In this document: piece after piece, positions 18,614-28,672 of the stretch
How positions within the stretch are numbered: the first letter of the stretch is position 1
Layout: every line of letters begins with the position of its first letter
Assembly (NCBI RefSeq): GCF_000018465.1
Contig: NC_010085.1
Coordinates: 750,001 to 782,000 of the forward strand
Direction: 5' to 3'
From: Nitrosopumilus maritimus SCM1
GTDB taxonomy: Archaea > Thermoproteota > Nitrososphaeria > Nitrososphaerales > Nitrosopumilaceae
DNA length: 32,000 nucleotides
Notes under the pieces: generated by a model
Told to the model about the DNA's origin: nothing
Databases searched by the model: none
What the model saw: only the letters and a program-made list of their open reading frames with translations
Made by a program: the position numbers and the translations under genes

Positions 18614-19421
18614 ACATCTCCATAATTTCTTCAGTGCTCATATCTCCAGTTTGGAAATCAACAATAGTATCGCCTTCAACACCAATCTCTAGAATCTTTT
18701 GACCTTCTTTGATTACTGCAACACGATTAGCATACTCTAAAGCAAGTTGCATGTCATGATGGACCATTATTGCAGTAAGGTTCATGTTCTTTTGAGCATC
18801 TGCAATCAAATCCATAATCTCACGAGCTGTTACATGATCTAACTCAGATACAATTTCATCAGCAAGAAGTATTGTTGGATGTTGCATTAATGCACGAGCA
18901 ATTGCAACTCTTCGTTTTTCACCACCACTTAACATGTAGGCTTTTCTTTCTTCTTTTCCAGAAAGACCAACTTGAGAAATAATTTTTTTGGCTTCATCAA
19001 TTTCATTTTCAGGAAACTTTTTGAGAAAAGATTGAATTTTACCTAATCTTGGTAGGGCACCTATGAGAATATTTTCAAGAACAGTGCTGTTTTTTACCAA
19101 TCCAAGATTTTGAGGAATGTAACCAATTGTATGCATCATTTTTTTAAATTTTTTATCATTCATGTTTGGAGTGATGTAATCAATTTTGATTGTACCTTTG
19201 CTTGGAATCATCATTCCATTCATCAATTTTAGTAAAGTAGATTTTCCAGAGCCAGATTGTCCAACTATGGCATAGTTAGTTCCCCTATCAATAGACAGAT
19301 TAATTCCATCTAGTGCAAAATTTTTCGAATCATATGATGTCCAAACATCATTCATTTGGATAATTTTCTTTGTTGCAATTGAAGAAAAAGAAGGGTTTGC
19401 GGTCATCTGAATTTGTTTCAT
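18591..19421 (-). CDS. phnC: PhnC-type ABC transporter ATP-binding protein
   Basis: Walker A VGQSGSGKSTLLKLM, signature LSGGEKRRVAIARAL, Walker B ILLADEIVSELD. Overlaps phnE by 23 nt. Confidence 0.92.
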   Translation of the reverse strand: MKQIQMTANPSFSSIATKKIIQMNDVWTSYDSKNFALDGINLSIDRGTNYAIVGQSGSGKSTLLKLMNGMMIPSKGTIKIDYITPNMNDKKFKKMMHTIGYIPQNLGLVKNSTVLENILIGALPRLGKIQSFLKKFPENEIDEAKKIISQVGLSGKEERKAYMLSGGEKRRVAIARALMQHPTILLADEIVSELDHVTAREIMDLIADAQKNMNLTAIMVHHDMQLALEYANRVAVIKEGQKILEIGVEGDTIVDFQTGDMSTEEIMEMYADDAKK

Positions 19422-19439
19422 TTTTCAGAATTCCTGTTT

Positions 19440-20528
19440 TTATTTGCTCTTGTCGTATTTGTCGAGTATCTTCTGATCAAGTCCTGTCAATGCATTGATG
19501 AATTCACCAAATTCACCTATGTGCATAGTAGTTGTTGTTGGAACTAGTGCTTCAGCACCATACAAGTCTGTCAAGATTGCATTATTCTCATCATAATTTA
19601 GTTTGATAAGACTATCAACTAGGGCATTTTTGGTAGAATCTGACATGTCAGCACTTACCATAAACACATGAGATGGTACTGGTCCAATTGTTGTAACTGG
19701 ACGTAATTTCTTTTGATCCTCTAATTCAAGATACTTTGCAGGTGCAATATCAGAACCAAATGCAACATCAACTTTTCCTTCTAGAAGTAAGGTTAATGCT
19801 GCTTTGTAACCTCCTGCAAAGGTGTAACTTTCAAAGTTATTTGCCAATGCAGATTCGAGGGCAACAATATCGTCACCTTCAATTGTTACATGTCCTTCAG
19901 TAACTAGGGTTCCCATTGGTCTAACAAAACCAGATGAACCAGTCATACTGGTAAATGCAACTTTCTTGCCAACAGTATCTTCAATTGATTGAAGAGAATC
20001 ATTTTCTGCTAGTGTCCAAACTGTTGCTTGGTAATTCACTTTACCTTTAACAAGTTCTGCCAATACAGCTTCTGCACCTGTTCTTTCATGGGTAATCCAT
20101 GCAGGTCCAGTATCCATAAAGGCACCATCAATGTGACCAAATCTCATTCCTTCAATAATGGCCTCATAGTTTGTTGGAATAACTAATTCAACATCAACAC
20201 CTAATTCGCTTTCAAGGAATTGTTCTAGTGCTTCGGCTTTTGGAGTTAACTCATCAGCCTTTTCAACTGGAATAAATCCGATAGTTAAGGTGTCAACATC
20301 AACAGATTTTGAATCAGATGAAACATTGATGATTCCATTTTCTATAAGGTATTCAATTCCGTTTAGAAAAGTTGCGTCATCTACGGCGCCTTCTGCCCAC
20401 CAACCAGCATTAGTCTTAATCCAATCAGGAAGAGAACTTTGTGCTTGTGCTGTTTGGCTCAAAGGAATTGTTGCTATGCCAATAGCTACAAATGCAACAA
20501 TTACCGCCATGGTTGTTCGTTGTTTCAT
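19440..20528 (-). CDS. phnD: PhnD-type substrate-binding protein with extra N-terminal thaumarchaeal 'PDWIKTNAGWW' module
   Basis: Signal peptide, LPDWIKTNAGWWAEGAVDDATFLNGIEYLIENGIINV module, then the PhnD-like core TIGFIPVEKADELTPKAEALEQFLESELG...AFMDTGPAWI...VAFTSMTGSSGFVRP. Confidence 0.88.
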   Translation of the reverse strand: MKQRTTMAVIVAFVAIGIATIPLSQTAQAQSSLPDWIKTNAGWWAEGAVDDATFLNGIEYLIENGIINVSSDSKSVDVDTLTIGFIPVEKADELTPKAEALEQFLESELGVDVELVIPTNYEAIIEGMRFGHIDGAFMDTGPAWITHERTGAEAVLAELVKGKVNYQATVWTLAENDSLQSIEDTVGKKVAFTSMTGSSGFVRPMGTLVTEGHVTIEGDDIVALESALANNFESYTFAGGYKAALTLLLEGKVDVAFGSDIAPAKYLELEDQKKLRPVTTIGPVPSHVFMVSADMSDSTKNALVDSLIKLNYDENNAILTDLYGAEALVPTTTTMHIGEFGEFINALTGLDQKILDKYDKSK

Positions 20529-20615
20529 GATTTCTAAGAAAATTAGGAAGAGCTAAATTATTTAAACTGAATATTCATTCCAAAGAAACATTCTAAATCT
20601 ATAGAACGAGAATAA

Positions 20616-20975
20616 CTATAGGCTCGATTTTGGATTATCTGTGTTAGGATACAGATTCAAACTAGGCTCAAGGTTGTCCACAGTAATCTCAACTTTTCCA
20701 ATTCTACTTCGGTATTGTTTGATTTTTTTTCCTTCTGGGGAAATGATGAATTTATCTACTTCAGCTAAAGCAAGATCTTCAAGATTTGATAATGTCTTGT
20801 AAACTGTGGAGAGTGAAATTTTTAGTTCTTCTGCAATCTGTGTTGCATCTTTTGATTCGTTTTTGACTGAAAACAATACAGCTCTTGTACATACATTGCT
20901 TAGAGATTCAATAATTTTTTGAGTTATATCAAATTCAGATAATTGAATGATGTTTGGTTTTGACATGAATATCAC
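20616..20975 (-). CDS. winged-helix transcriptional regulator (ArsR/TrmB-like)
   Basis: RAVLFSVKNESKDATQIAEELKISLSTVYKTLSNLEDLALAEVDKF helix-turn-helix. Confidence 0.82.
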   Translation of the reverse strand: MIFMSKPNIIQLSEFDITQKIIESLSNVCTRAVLFSVKNESKDATQIAEELKISLSTVYKTLSNLEDLALAEVDKFIISPEGKKIKQYRSRIGKVEITVDNLEPSLNLYPNTDNPKSSL

Positions 20976-21304
20976 TTGTTTGGCAATAGTGTAAGTACAG
21001 GTTCAGGTTTTTTGATAGAGATATCTGCTTTACTGATTCTACTTCTATAGACCTTGTATTTTCTACCTTTGTCAGATAACATCCATTTTTCAACTTCAAT
21101 TAGTGTAAGTTCTTCAAGATCTGCCAGTTTTTTGTATACAGAACTAAGAGGAATCTTAAGTTTATCAGATAGTTCAGCAGCAGTATTTCCTTTTCGTATT
21201 ATGGAAAATAGAATTGCTCTAGATTCAGAATCAGCTAATGCTTCTATTACTTTTTGAGTAATATCATATTTTTTTAGTTGAGGTAATGTGAGTTTTCGTG
21301 ACAC
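20972..21304 (-). CDS. winged-helix transcriptional regulator, paralogous to the adjacent gene
   Basis: RAILFSIIRKGNTAAELSDKLKIPLSSVYKKLADLEELTLIEVEKW aligns to its neighbour over most of its length. Confidence 0.84.
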   Translation of the reverse strand: MSRKLTLPQLKKYDITQKVIEALADSESRAILFSIIRKGNTAAELSDKLKIPLSSVYKKLADLEELTLIEVEKWMLSDKGRKYKVYRSRISKADISIKKPEPVLTLLPNK

Positions 21305-21369
21305 AAACTCTGAAAATTATTTGGTGTATTTAAAACTAGATAACTTGTTCTCATTCTATAGATTTAGAA

Positions 21370-22098
21370 TTAGTTATAGCGAGTAGTTTCTTGCTCTGGA
21401 GAGAGTTTTCTCCAGAACAAACCAAGAATAATTCCTATTGATGCCCAAAATGATGTCACACCAAGAACAGACATGAATCTAAACTCGTTTACTAAATCCA
21501 TAGGGGCAGTTACTTCATCAGGATTTTCTGGCATTGCGAAAAATACAGTAGAAATGAAAATTCCATAGCCTATGAGCGCAACAAGTTTTTTGTTATTCTT
21601 GAACTTCTTTGATAATTGATAAAATCCAACTGCTCCAAATCCTGAAATTGCAATAAAGGACAGATACAAAATCGCTCTTAATACGACAGTTTCACCATCT
21701 CCAACGGTAGGAGGATTTGCAGGATATTTCAAAAATGGAATGATGTAAAGTGTAAGCCACATTATACCTGCTAGTATCAATGATTTTTTGACATCATTGT
21801 TTCCAGGTAAAGCATTTCTAGACAGTGCAAATACAATTCCAAACAATGCACCGACCGAAGTTCCCAATATCACCCCTGCAAGAATTTGTCCACCTTTCTG
21901 CCAAGTTCTGTATCCTTCATACTCTACCCAAAATTCAGGAGTGTCTTCTTCTTCACCAGATGCAAACAAGTTTTGATTTTCAATTCCTATTGCTTGATCA
22001 AGATAAGGTTCTACAATTGCAAAATTAACAGTACCGTGAATCAGTCCTGCAAACGCACCTGAAATTAATACAATTATGATAAAAAGAGACGTTTTCAT
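21370..22098 (-). CDS. cbtA: CbtA family protein (putative cobalt transporter subunit)
   Basis: About five hydrophobic segments. GAFAGLIHGTVNFAIVEPYLDQAI and LTLYIIPFLKYPANPPTVGD are typical CbtA motifs. Confidence 0.85.
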   Translation of the reverse strand: MKTSLFIIIVLISGAFAGLIHGTVNFAIVEPYLDQAIGIENQNLFASGEEEDTPEFWVEYEGYRTWQKGGQILAGVILGTSVGALFGIVFALSRNALPGNNDVKKSLILAGIMWLTLYIIPFLKYPANPPTVGDGETVVLRAILYLSFIAISGFGAVGFYQLSKKFKNNKKLVALIGYGIFISTVFFAMPENPDEVTAPMDLVNEFRFMSVLGVTSFWASIGIILGLFWRKLSPEQETTRYN

Positions 22099-22110
22099 GA
22101 TAAGGTGCCT

Positions 22111-22326
22111 CTAATGGCATGGAAAGCCAGCTGCATGTCTCATATCATGAGTAAGCTCATGGATGTACAAATCAGTAAATGCTTGTTCACCATAAACTAG
22201 ACTGAAAATATGTCCTTGATCAAATCCTACAACAAACAATCCTGCTGCAAAGATGATACCTAATGCAATAATTGCTAATTTTGGTACTTGTGATTTAGAC
22301 ACATTCATTTGTCTTGTTTCAGACAT
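22111..22326 (-). CDS. cbtB: CbtB family protein (putative cobalt transporter subunit)
   Basis: 71 aa, one TM helix and histidine-bearing C-terminus YIHELTHDMRHAAGFPCH, adjacent to cbtA. Confidence 0.85.
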   Translation of the reverse strand: MSETRQMNVSKSQVPKLAIIALGIIFAAGLFVVGFDQGHIFSLVYGEQAFTDLYIHELTHDMRHAAGFPCH

Positions 22327-22406
22327 GACGTTAGCACCAGATGAGCGTATTTAACCTCTTGGATGATTTATCCAATTTATAAAGCCAGAAAAAGATCTAG
22401 AGTCTA

Positions 22407-23036
22407 TTGAAAAAGAACATCCAAACTTTGCAAAATATTGTTTCACGAAAAGGATCAAGTAAAGTTCTAACATTTAGTATTCCACATGTGTTCAAAGCTC
22501 TTCAATTGTTATCAAATGAAAAGTATGTGAGCAGATCAACATTAGGAAAAGAGGTTCATCTCGGAGAAGGGGCAGTAAAGACACTGATTTCACACCTAAA
22601 AGAAGTAAAAATGATAGAATCAACCAGATCAGGAAACTACTTGACAGAAAAAGGGAAAAAATTCACATCACAGTTACAGAAAATTATTCCAAAAGAATGC
22701 AAGATTGAAAAAAACAATCTGACTCCAAGTAAAAACAATCATGCAATAATTTTGAAAAAATATTCATCTGCAATAAAGACAGGAGTAGAGCAAAGAGATT
22801 ACGCAATAATGTATGGCTCATCAGGGTGCACTACGTTGACATTCAAAAACAACAAATTTGTTTTTCCAGGGGAAGACAAAGATTGTTTAAACAAAGACAA
22901 AAAAACAAGACAGATTCTTTTGGAAAAACTAGAACCTTCTGATGAAGACATTATCATTATTTCATCATCAAATGATTCTTTTGTAGCAGAAATTTCAGCA
23001 AAAAATTCAGCCCTTTGGACTATTGCTACAAATTAA
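22407..23036 (+). CDS. winged-helix DUF4443-like protein
   Basis: TTG start. VSRKGSSKVLTFSIPHVFKALQLLSNEKYVSRSTLGKEVHLGEGAVKTLISHLKEVKMIESTRSGNYLTEKGKKF. Family name from recollection. Confidence 0.75.
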   Translation: MKKNIQTLQNIVSRKGSSKVLTFSIPHVFKALQLLSNEKYVSRSTLGKEVHLGEGAVKTLISHLKEVKMIESTRSGNYLTEKGKKFTSQLQKIIPKECKIEKNNLTPSKNNHAIILKKYSSAIKTGVEQRDYAIMYGSSGCTTLTFKNNKFVFPGEDKDCLNKDKKTRQILLEKLEPSDEDIIIISSSNDSFVAEISAKNSALWTIATN

Positions 23037-23071
23037 AGAAGACTTTTACTGGCATTGAGTGAAAATTTAAC

Positions 23072-23716
23072 ATGACAAAATACTATCTTCTAGTAATTCC
23101 AATTGCAATAGGAATTATTGCTGGAGGATTTTTAGCATTTTACCCTGAACCTGAAAAAAATCCTACAAAATTGACGCCATCCACATTAATTGAAAATGGT
23201 TCCCCAATTCTAGGAAACAGTAATGCTCCAATTACAATTTTAGAATGGGGAGATTACCAATGTACATTTTGTTACAAATTTCACAAAGATACACTAAATG
23301 TAATCAACGAGGATTTCATTAAAACAGGTAAAGTAAAACTTGTCTTCAAGGATTTTCCGCTAAATGGTCCTGACTCGGTATTAGCAGGTGAAGCATCATT
23401 TTGTGCTAGAGATCAAGGAAAGTATTGGGAGTATCATGATGAACTTTACAAGAATTGGGGAGGAGAAAGAACAGGTTGGGTCACCAGAGAATCATTAGAC
23501 ATATTTGCATCAACTGTTGGGTTGGATTTACAGACATTCAACGAATGCCTTGATGAGCACAAGTACCAAAACAAGGTAAATGCATTGTATGAATTTGGAA
23601 GAGAAATTGGAATTGATGCCACTCCATCATTTCTTGTATTCAATGATGAAAAAATTATCAAAATAAGAGGAAATCAACCATTAGAGGTATTTCTCAAAAC
23701 AATTGATGAATTGTGA
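23072..23716 (+). CDS. DsbA-like thioredoxin-fold oxidoreductase, membrane-anchored
   Basis: N-terminal TM, GNSNAPITILEWGDYQCTFCYKFHKDTL (CxxC) and IDATPSFLVFNDE cis-Pro loop. Confidence 0.88.
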   Translation: MTKYYLLVIPIAIGIIAGGFLAFYPEPEKNPTKLTPSTLIENGSPILGNSNAPITILEWGDYQCTFCYKFHKDTLNVINEDFIKTGKVKLVFKDFPLNGPDSVLAGEASFCARDQGKYWEYHDELYKNWGGERTGWVTRESLDIFASTVGLDLQTFNECLDEHKYQNKVNALYEFGREIGIDATPSFLVFNDEKIIKIRGNQPLEVFLKTIDEL

Positions 23717-23771
23717 TCATATGCAAACAATCAATCAAAATTAATATCTGCATAGTTTGGAGAAAGCACAA

Positions 23772-25052
23772 ATGGGCAAAATTGACATAGAAAAACAAGA
23801 TTCGGTTAAAGTCTATAAAATTAGAAAAACATTAGAAGAATTATCAAAAAAATCTGGTCGCGGTACAGAATTAATCACAGTATACATTCCAAAAGGAAAA
23901 CAACTTCACGAAATTATTGGTACACTTCAACAAGAACAAGGTACTGCCGATAACATCAAATCAGATCTAACTAGGTCCCATGTTGTAGATTCATTAGGAA
24001 AAGTTGTTCAAAGATTAAAGCTATACAAAAAAACTCCTGAAAGAGGATTGGTAATGTTTTGTGGAGCATTGCCTCCAGAAGAAGGGGGGCCTTTAGGAAG
24101 TGAAGTAGTAAAGGTTTGGGAGATAGATCCTCCTAAAGATTTGAATCAATATCTGTACAGATGTGATGATCATTTCCATGTAGACATTCTAAAAGATATG
24201 CTCAAAGATGACAACCTAATTGGATTCTTGGCAATTGACTCAAAGGATGCAGGATGGGGATTGTTACATGGAGACAAAATCGAAGTTCTAGCTCAAACTG
24301 GTTCAGGTGTTGCAGGAAAACACAGACAAGGAGGACAGTCTGCAAAAAGATTCCAAAAACTCAGAGAGATGGAGTTGACATATTACTTTAACAGAGTTGC
24401 TCAAACAACAAGAGAATACTTTATTGACATTTATCCAGTAAAGGGATTAGTTATTTCAGGTCCAGGACCAACAAAAGAAGATTTCATTAACGGAAATTAT
24501 CTAGAATACAGATTACAAAACAATATCATTGCAACAATTGACTCATCATATTCTGGCTCAGAAGGAATACGAGAAGCATTTGCAAAATCTTCAGACATTT
24601 TAGGCAACTTTAGACTTGTAGAAGAAAAGAAGCTTGTGGAAGCATTATTCAGAGAGATTAACGGAAACACTGGAAAAGGATCATATGGATTGCAAGAAGT
24701 AATAGATTTTCTAAAAAACAATGTAGTTGAAACGTTGATCATTACAGATAACACAAATTTGAACAGGGTTGAAGGTATATGTAAAAGATGTAAACATCTT
24801 CAAGAAGACATTGTTGAAAGACCAGACGTAATTCCAAAGAAAACAGAGTACAGCAGCAAGCCATGTCCAGGATGTAACGCTATGGAAGTTGAAGTAAATG
24901 AGCAAGACATTGTAGATTATTTAGAATTGATAGCATCAAAGACAGGTTCGCAGTTAGAGGTAGTATCAGGTAGTGCAGAACATGGAAACATGTTAGCAAG
25001 TCTTGGAAAGATTGGTGCGATTTTAAGATACAATCCAGGCCATTCTAAATAG
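23772..25052 (+). CDS. prf1: archaeal peptide chain release factor 1 (aRF1)
   Basis: SGRGTELITVYIPKGKQL, NIKSDLTRSHVVDSL, GLVISGPGPTKEDF, VVSGSAEHG. Likely start MGKIDIEKQD, and the ORF extends to 23757. Confidence 0.93.
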   Translation: MGKIDIEKQDSVKVYKIRKTLEELSKKSGRGTELITVYIPKGKQLHEIIGTLQQEQGTADNIKSDLTRSHVVDSLGKVVQRLKLYKKTPERGLVMFCGALPPEEGGPLGSEVVKVWEIDPPKDLNQYLYRCDDHFHVDILKDMLKDDNLIGFLAIDSKDAGWGLLHGDKIEVLAQTGSGVAGKHRQGGQSAKRFQKLREMELTYYFNRVAQTTREYFIDIYPVKGLVISGPGPTKEDFINGNYLEYRLQNNIIATIDSSYSGSEGIREAFAKSSDILGNFRLVEEKKLVEALFREINGNTGKGSYGLQEVIDFLKNNVVETLIITDNTNLNRVEGICKRCKHLQEDIVERPDVIPKKTEYSSKPCPGCNAMEVEVNEQDIVDYLELIASKTGSQLEVVSGSAEHGNMLASLGKIGAILRYNPGHSK

Positions 25053-25449
25053 CACTACGAATCTTTTTTGCCAATTCTTCAAGTTCAGAATCAGTAGAGA
25101 TTTGTCGTTTTGTCCAAATAGTTCCTTTGCTGTTGTATCTAGGAATAATGTGAATGTGCACATGAGGGATTATCTGTTTTGCAGCACGACCATTATTTTG
25201 GGCAATACTAAATGCATCAGCTTTTGCACCAACTAAGATGGCATTGGCTATTTTTGGAACAAGTGAGAACAATTTTCCAACATTTTCAGGAGTCATCTCA
25301 GTAATTCGTTCATGATGCTCACGCGGGATCAGTAAACTATGACCAACATCAATCGGATATCTATCTAAAAATGCAACATGAGAATCATCTTCATACAAGA
25401 TATGAGCATCTCTTTTTCCATCCAAAATATCACAAAAGATACAAGTCAT
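25045..25449 (-). CDS. HIT family hydrolase
   Basis: CIFCDILDG...FLDRYPIDVGHSLLIPREH...AAKQIIPHVHIHIIPR (HxHxH motif). Confidence 0.93.
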   Translation of the reverse strand: MTCIFCDILDGKRDAHILYEDDSHVAFLDRYPIDVGHSLLIPREHHERITEMTPENVGKLFSLVPKIANAILVGAKADAFSIAQNNGRAAKQIIPHVHIHIIPRYNSKGTIWTKRQISTDSELEELAKKIRSAI

Positions 25450-25556
25450 AAATTCAGCAATTTGTAATTTTATTTATTATTTGTTAGAAAATTACTTGGA
25501 AAGATACGAGTTTATCGAATGGTTAATTAGGGCAAATTTCAAAGTTTGAGCATCCT

Positions 25557-26156
25557 ATGGGCCGAAAAGAGAGAAGAGCACGTGAACAAAAACGTGAAAA
25601 CTATGCTACAAAACATTCAGCACAGCAAAGAAAACAGACACTAATTGCTGTTGGAGTTTTGGCAGTAATTGCAGTCATTGTAGGATATGCAGGATGGATG
25701 TTTGTTAACATGGATCAAAGTACTGCTCCAGGAGGCCCTGAAAATGCAGGAGCATTAGGTAGTGATCACACACACGCTGCACTTGCAGTAAGAGTATTTG
25801 GTGACTATTTTGACTTTTCAGCCCCAGCATACCAAATCAAATCACCTTGGATTCACTTTGAAGGAAGAGATGGTTCTACAATACACAAACATGCAACAGG
25901 TGTAACTCTGGACTATCTGTTTGAGTCATTATCATTAGGTCTTGATGACAAATGTTTCGTATTCCAAGATGGTAGAGAGTTTTGTACTAATGAAGACTAT
26001 TCTCTAAAGTTCTTCTACAATGGAAAACAGGTACAAGATATCAGAGATATTGAAATCATGGAAGATGACAGAATTTTGATATCGTATGGTGGAGAAACAC
26101 CTGAAGAGCTTGAAAGTCAACTAATAGAGCTAGAGAATCAAATCATAGTCAAATAG
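25557..26156 (+). CDS. membrane-anchored hypothetical protein
   Basis: 199 aa. Basic N-terminus MGRKERRAREQKRENY, TM segment LIAVGVLAVIAVIVGYAGWMF, extracytoplasmic domain. Confidence 0.75.
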   Translation: MGRKERRAREQKRENYATKHSAQQRKQTLIAVGVLAVIAVIVGYAGWMFVNMDQSTAPGGPENAGALGSDHTHAALAVRVFGDYFDFSAPAYQIKSPWIHFEGRDGSTIHKHATGVTLDYLFESLSLGLDDKCFVFQDGREFCTNEDYSLKFFYNGKQVQDIRDIEIMEDDRILISYGGETPEELESQLIELENQIIVK

Positions 26157-26160
26157 AATC

Positions 26161-26364
26161 TCAAGATTCTTTTGTTGTGAATTGTGCCATTTTATCAAAG
26201 AACATGTAATATCCACAACGAACACATCTTAGAACAGTCAAATCTGTTGTAAGAAATTCTTTATCTTCAAACCTACCACTTAGTTTGACGTTTTCACCTG
26301 CAATTTCGGCTTTGTTGCTTTTACAAACAGGACATTCTAGTGCTTTTTGTTCCATGAATTTCAA
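26161..26364 (-). CDS. zinc-ribbon protein
   Basis: CPVCKSNKAEI ... LRCVRCGYYMFF, two CxxC knuckles. Confidence 0.75.
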   Translation of the reverse strand: MKFMEQKALECPVCKSNKAEIAGENVKLSGRFEDKEFLTTDLTVLRCVRCGYYMFFDKMAQFTTKES

Positions 26365-26451
26365 ACATGCAGTTAGAATTTAAACTCAATGAAAGTTTTT
26401 GAATTGAATTTTCAACAAAAGTCTAAATTATAGCAATCAAGAATTCTCTTC

Positions 26452-28128
26452 ATGGAAGAAATCTCTAGTAGAAATGTTGTAGAAGGTACTTCTCGTGCTC
26501 CACAAAGAGCAATGTACAAAGCTATGGGATTAGATGATAGTGATTTATCAAAACAAATGATTGGAGTTTGTCATACAGGAAATGAAGCAACTCCATGTAA
26601 CATCCATCTTCCAAGATTAGCTCTCAAAGCAAAAGAAGGAGTTTCAGATACGGGTGCAACACCTAGAGAGTTTTCAACAATTGCAGTAAGTGACGGAATT
26701 GCAATGGGACATGAAGGAATGAAATCATCATTAATTTCTCGTGAAGTAATTGCAGATTCTATTGAATTAATGGTAAGAGCACATCAATACGATGCACTAG
26801 TAGGAATTGCAGGGTGTGATAAGAGCCTTCCAGGTACAATGATGGCAATGGCAAGATTGAATGTTCCATCAGTGTTTGTGTATGGGGGAACTATCATGCC
26901 AGGAATGCTTAATGGAGAAGAATTAACAGTTGTAGATGTTTATGAAGCAGTTGGAGCATATGATGCAGGACAGTTATCATTAGAAGGTCTAAAAAATATT
27001 GAAAATACTGCATGTCCAAACGAAGGATCCTGTGGAGGAATGTTTACTGCAAATACTATGGCATCAATTTCAGAAGCAATTGGTCTTGCATTACCAGGCA
27101 GTGCCAGTCCACCTGCAGAAGATGATAGAAGAGAAAAGATGGTGTATGATACTGGAGTAGCATGTGCAAAAGCACTACAGATGGATATCAGACCAAGAGA
27201 AGTTCTTACTTTTGAAGCATTTGAGAATGCAATTACAATGCTAAACTCTGTTGGAGGTTCAACAAATGGAATTTTACATTTGTTAGCACTTGCAAATGAA
27301 GTTGGTATCAAATTAACATATGATGATTTTGAAAGAGTTAGAAAAAAGACACCCCACATAGCAGACATGAAACCAGGTGGAAACTATGTTATGAATTCAC
27401 TTGATAAAATTGGAGGAATTCCATTTGTATTAAAGAAACTACTTGACAAAGGACTCTTAAATGAAAATTGTATTACAATTACTGGAAAGACAATCAAAGA
27501 AAATTTGAATGCCATGGTCATGCCACAAACAGAACAACAAATAATCAGACCAATGGAGAACCCACTTCACAATGTTGGAACTGCAGTAATTCTCAAGGGT
27601 TCACTTGCACCAGATGGTGCAGTGATAAAGACTGCGGGAGTAGAAATGACAAAATTCACAGGAAAGGCTCGTGTCTTTGATAGAGAAGAATTAGCATTTG
27701 AGGCAGTAAAAAGAGGCGATATTGATGAAGGACATGTTGTAGTAATTAGATATGAAGGACCAAAAGGAGGTCCAGGAATGAGAGAGATGCTTGCAACTAC
27801 TGCAGCACTCGTAGGTCAGGGATTAGGCAAGAAAGTAGCCATGGTTACTGATGGAAGATTCTCAGGAGGAACAAGAGGGTTCATGGTAGGACATGTTGCT
27901 CCAGAAGCATATGTCGGTGGACCAATAGCACTTGTAAAAGATGATGATGAAATTACAATAGATACTGAAACTAACATAATTGATCTTCATGTGTCATCTG
28001 AAGAATTAGAAAATAGAAGAAAACAATGGAGTCCTCCAAAACCAAATTACACATCAGGGGCTTTAGCAAAATTTGCAACATTAGTTGGTTCTGCAGCTGA
28101 AGGTGCTATTACAAAACCTAATCTATAG
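26452..28128 (+). CDS. ilvD: dihydroxy-acid dehydratase
   Basis: [77 protein letters not shown]. Confidence 0.96.
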   Translation: MEEISSRNVVEGTSRAPQRAMYKAMGLDDSDLSKQMIGVCHTGNEATPCNIHLPRLALKAKEGVSDTGATPREFSTIAVSDGIAMGHEGMKSSLISREVIADSIELMVRAHQYDALVGIAGCDKSLPGTMMAMARLNVPSVFVYGGTIMPGMLNGEELTVVDVYEAVGAYDAGQLSLEGLKNIENTACPNEGSCGGMFTANTMASISEAIGLALPGSASPPAEDDRREKMVYDTGVACAKALQMDIRPREVLTFEAFENAITMLNSVGGSTNGILHLLALANEVGIKLTYDDFERVRKKTPHIADMKPGGNYVMNSLDKIGGIPFVLKKLLDKGLLNENCITITGKTIKENLNAMVMPQTEQQIIRPMENPLHNVGTAVILKGSLAPDGAVIKTAGVEMTKFTGKARVFDREELAFEAVKRGDIDEGHVVVIRYEGPKGGPGMREMLATTAALVGQGLGKKVAMVTDGRFSGGTRGFMVGHVAPEAYVGGPIALVKDDDEITIDTETNIIDLHVSSEELENRRKQWSPPKPNYTSGALAKFATLVGSAAEGAITKPNL

Positions 28129-28672
28129 AAAGTTTTTTCAAATCTAATTTTTCTTGTTCAGCAACATAGATTTTTAGTAATTCTTTCCAAGCTTTTTGAA
28201 AATCAGTTGTAAATCTTTTAAATCCTGATGTAGTGGATAAAGAAATTTTTGATTTTGGATTGTAAAATACTTCGGTTATAGAAATGCAATGAACAGCATC
28301 ATTTCTCACTTCAAATAACCTAGACATGTCTCGGGTAAATTCTGGACCAAATACTTTCCAGTCAAGAAACGTTCTAATTTTTCTGTTAATTGGAACAAGA
28401 TTAAGAAGGTAAAGTAACTCATTACTATCACTTTCATTTGAATATTTTACAATTCGTAACCGAATAATCTCATCAAACAAGAATGCCATTTTTGAGAATG
28501 CAGACAATACGCTATCTCTATTTTTTGAGATAGTCAGTTTAGAGTTAAATCCGTTTTTGATTGAACCTTCATTGATAAAGTAATGTTTGTCTTTGTCAAT
28601 TAGATATAATCGAATTTTAGGAGAAATGATTTTACTTTTTTTGAGATTTGATAAAAATTTTGAAACACTCAT
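28118..28672 (-). CDS. hypothetical protein with HEPN/DUF4145-like RNDAVH motif
   Basis: Likely start MSVSKF at 28672. [20 protein letters not shown] contains an Rx4H element in a helical context. Confidence 0.65.
   Translation of the reverse strand: MSVSKFLSNLKKSKIISPKIRLYLIDKDKHYFINEGSIKNGFNSKLTISKNRDSVLSAFSKMAFLFDEIIRLRIVKYSNESDSNELLYLLNLVPINRKIRTFLDWKVFGPEFTRDMSRLFEVRNDAVHCISITEVFYNPKSKISLSTTSGFKRFTTDFQKAWKELLKIYVAEQEKLDLKKLSID

Noticed and set aside
22327-22406. Possible cobalamin riboswitch upstream of cbtBA
   Set aside because: Only about 80 nt separate the divergent genes, too short for a cobalamin riboswitch, and no B12-box-like sequence is evident.
22330-22470. Apparent alternative frame KPEKDLESIEKEHPNFAKYCFTKRIK overlapping the start of the DUF4443-like gene, which could suggest a frameshift or another ATA start
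   Set aside because: It ends in TAA shortly after, whereas the 22407 frame keeps the family-like motif VSRKGSSKVLTFSIPHVFKAL. The TTG start at 22407 explains the gene.
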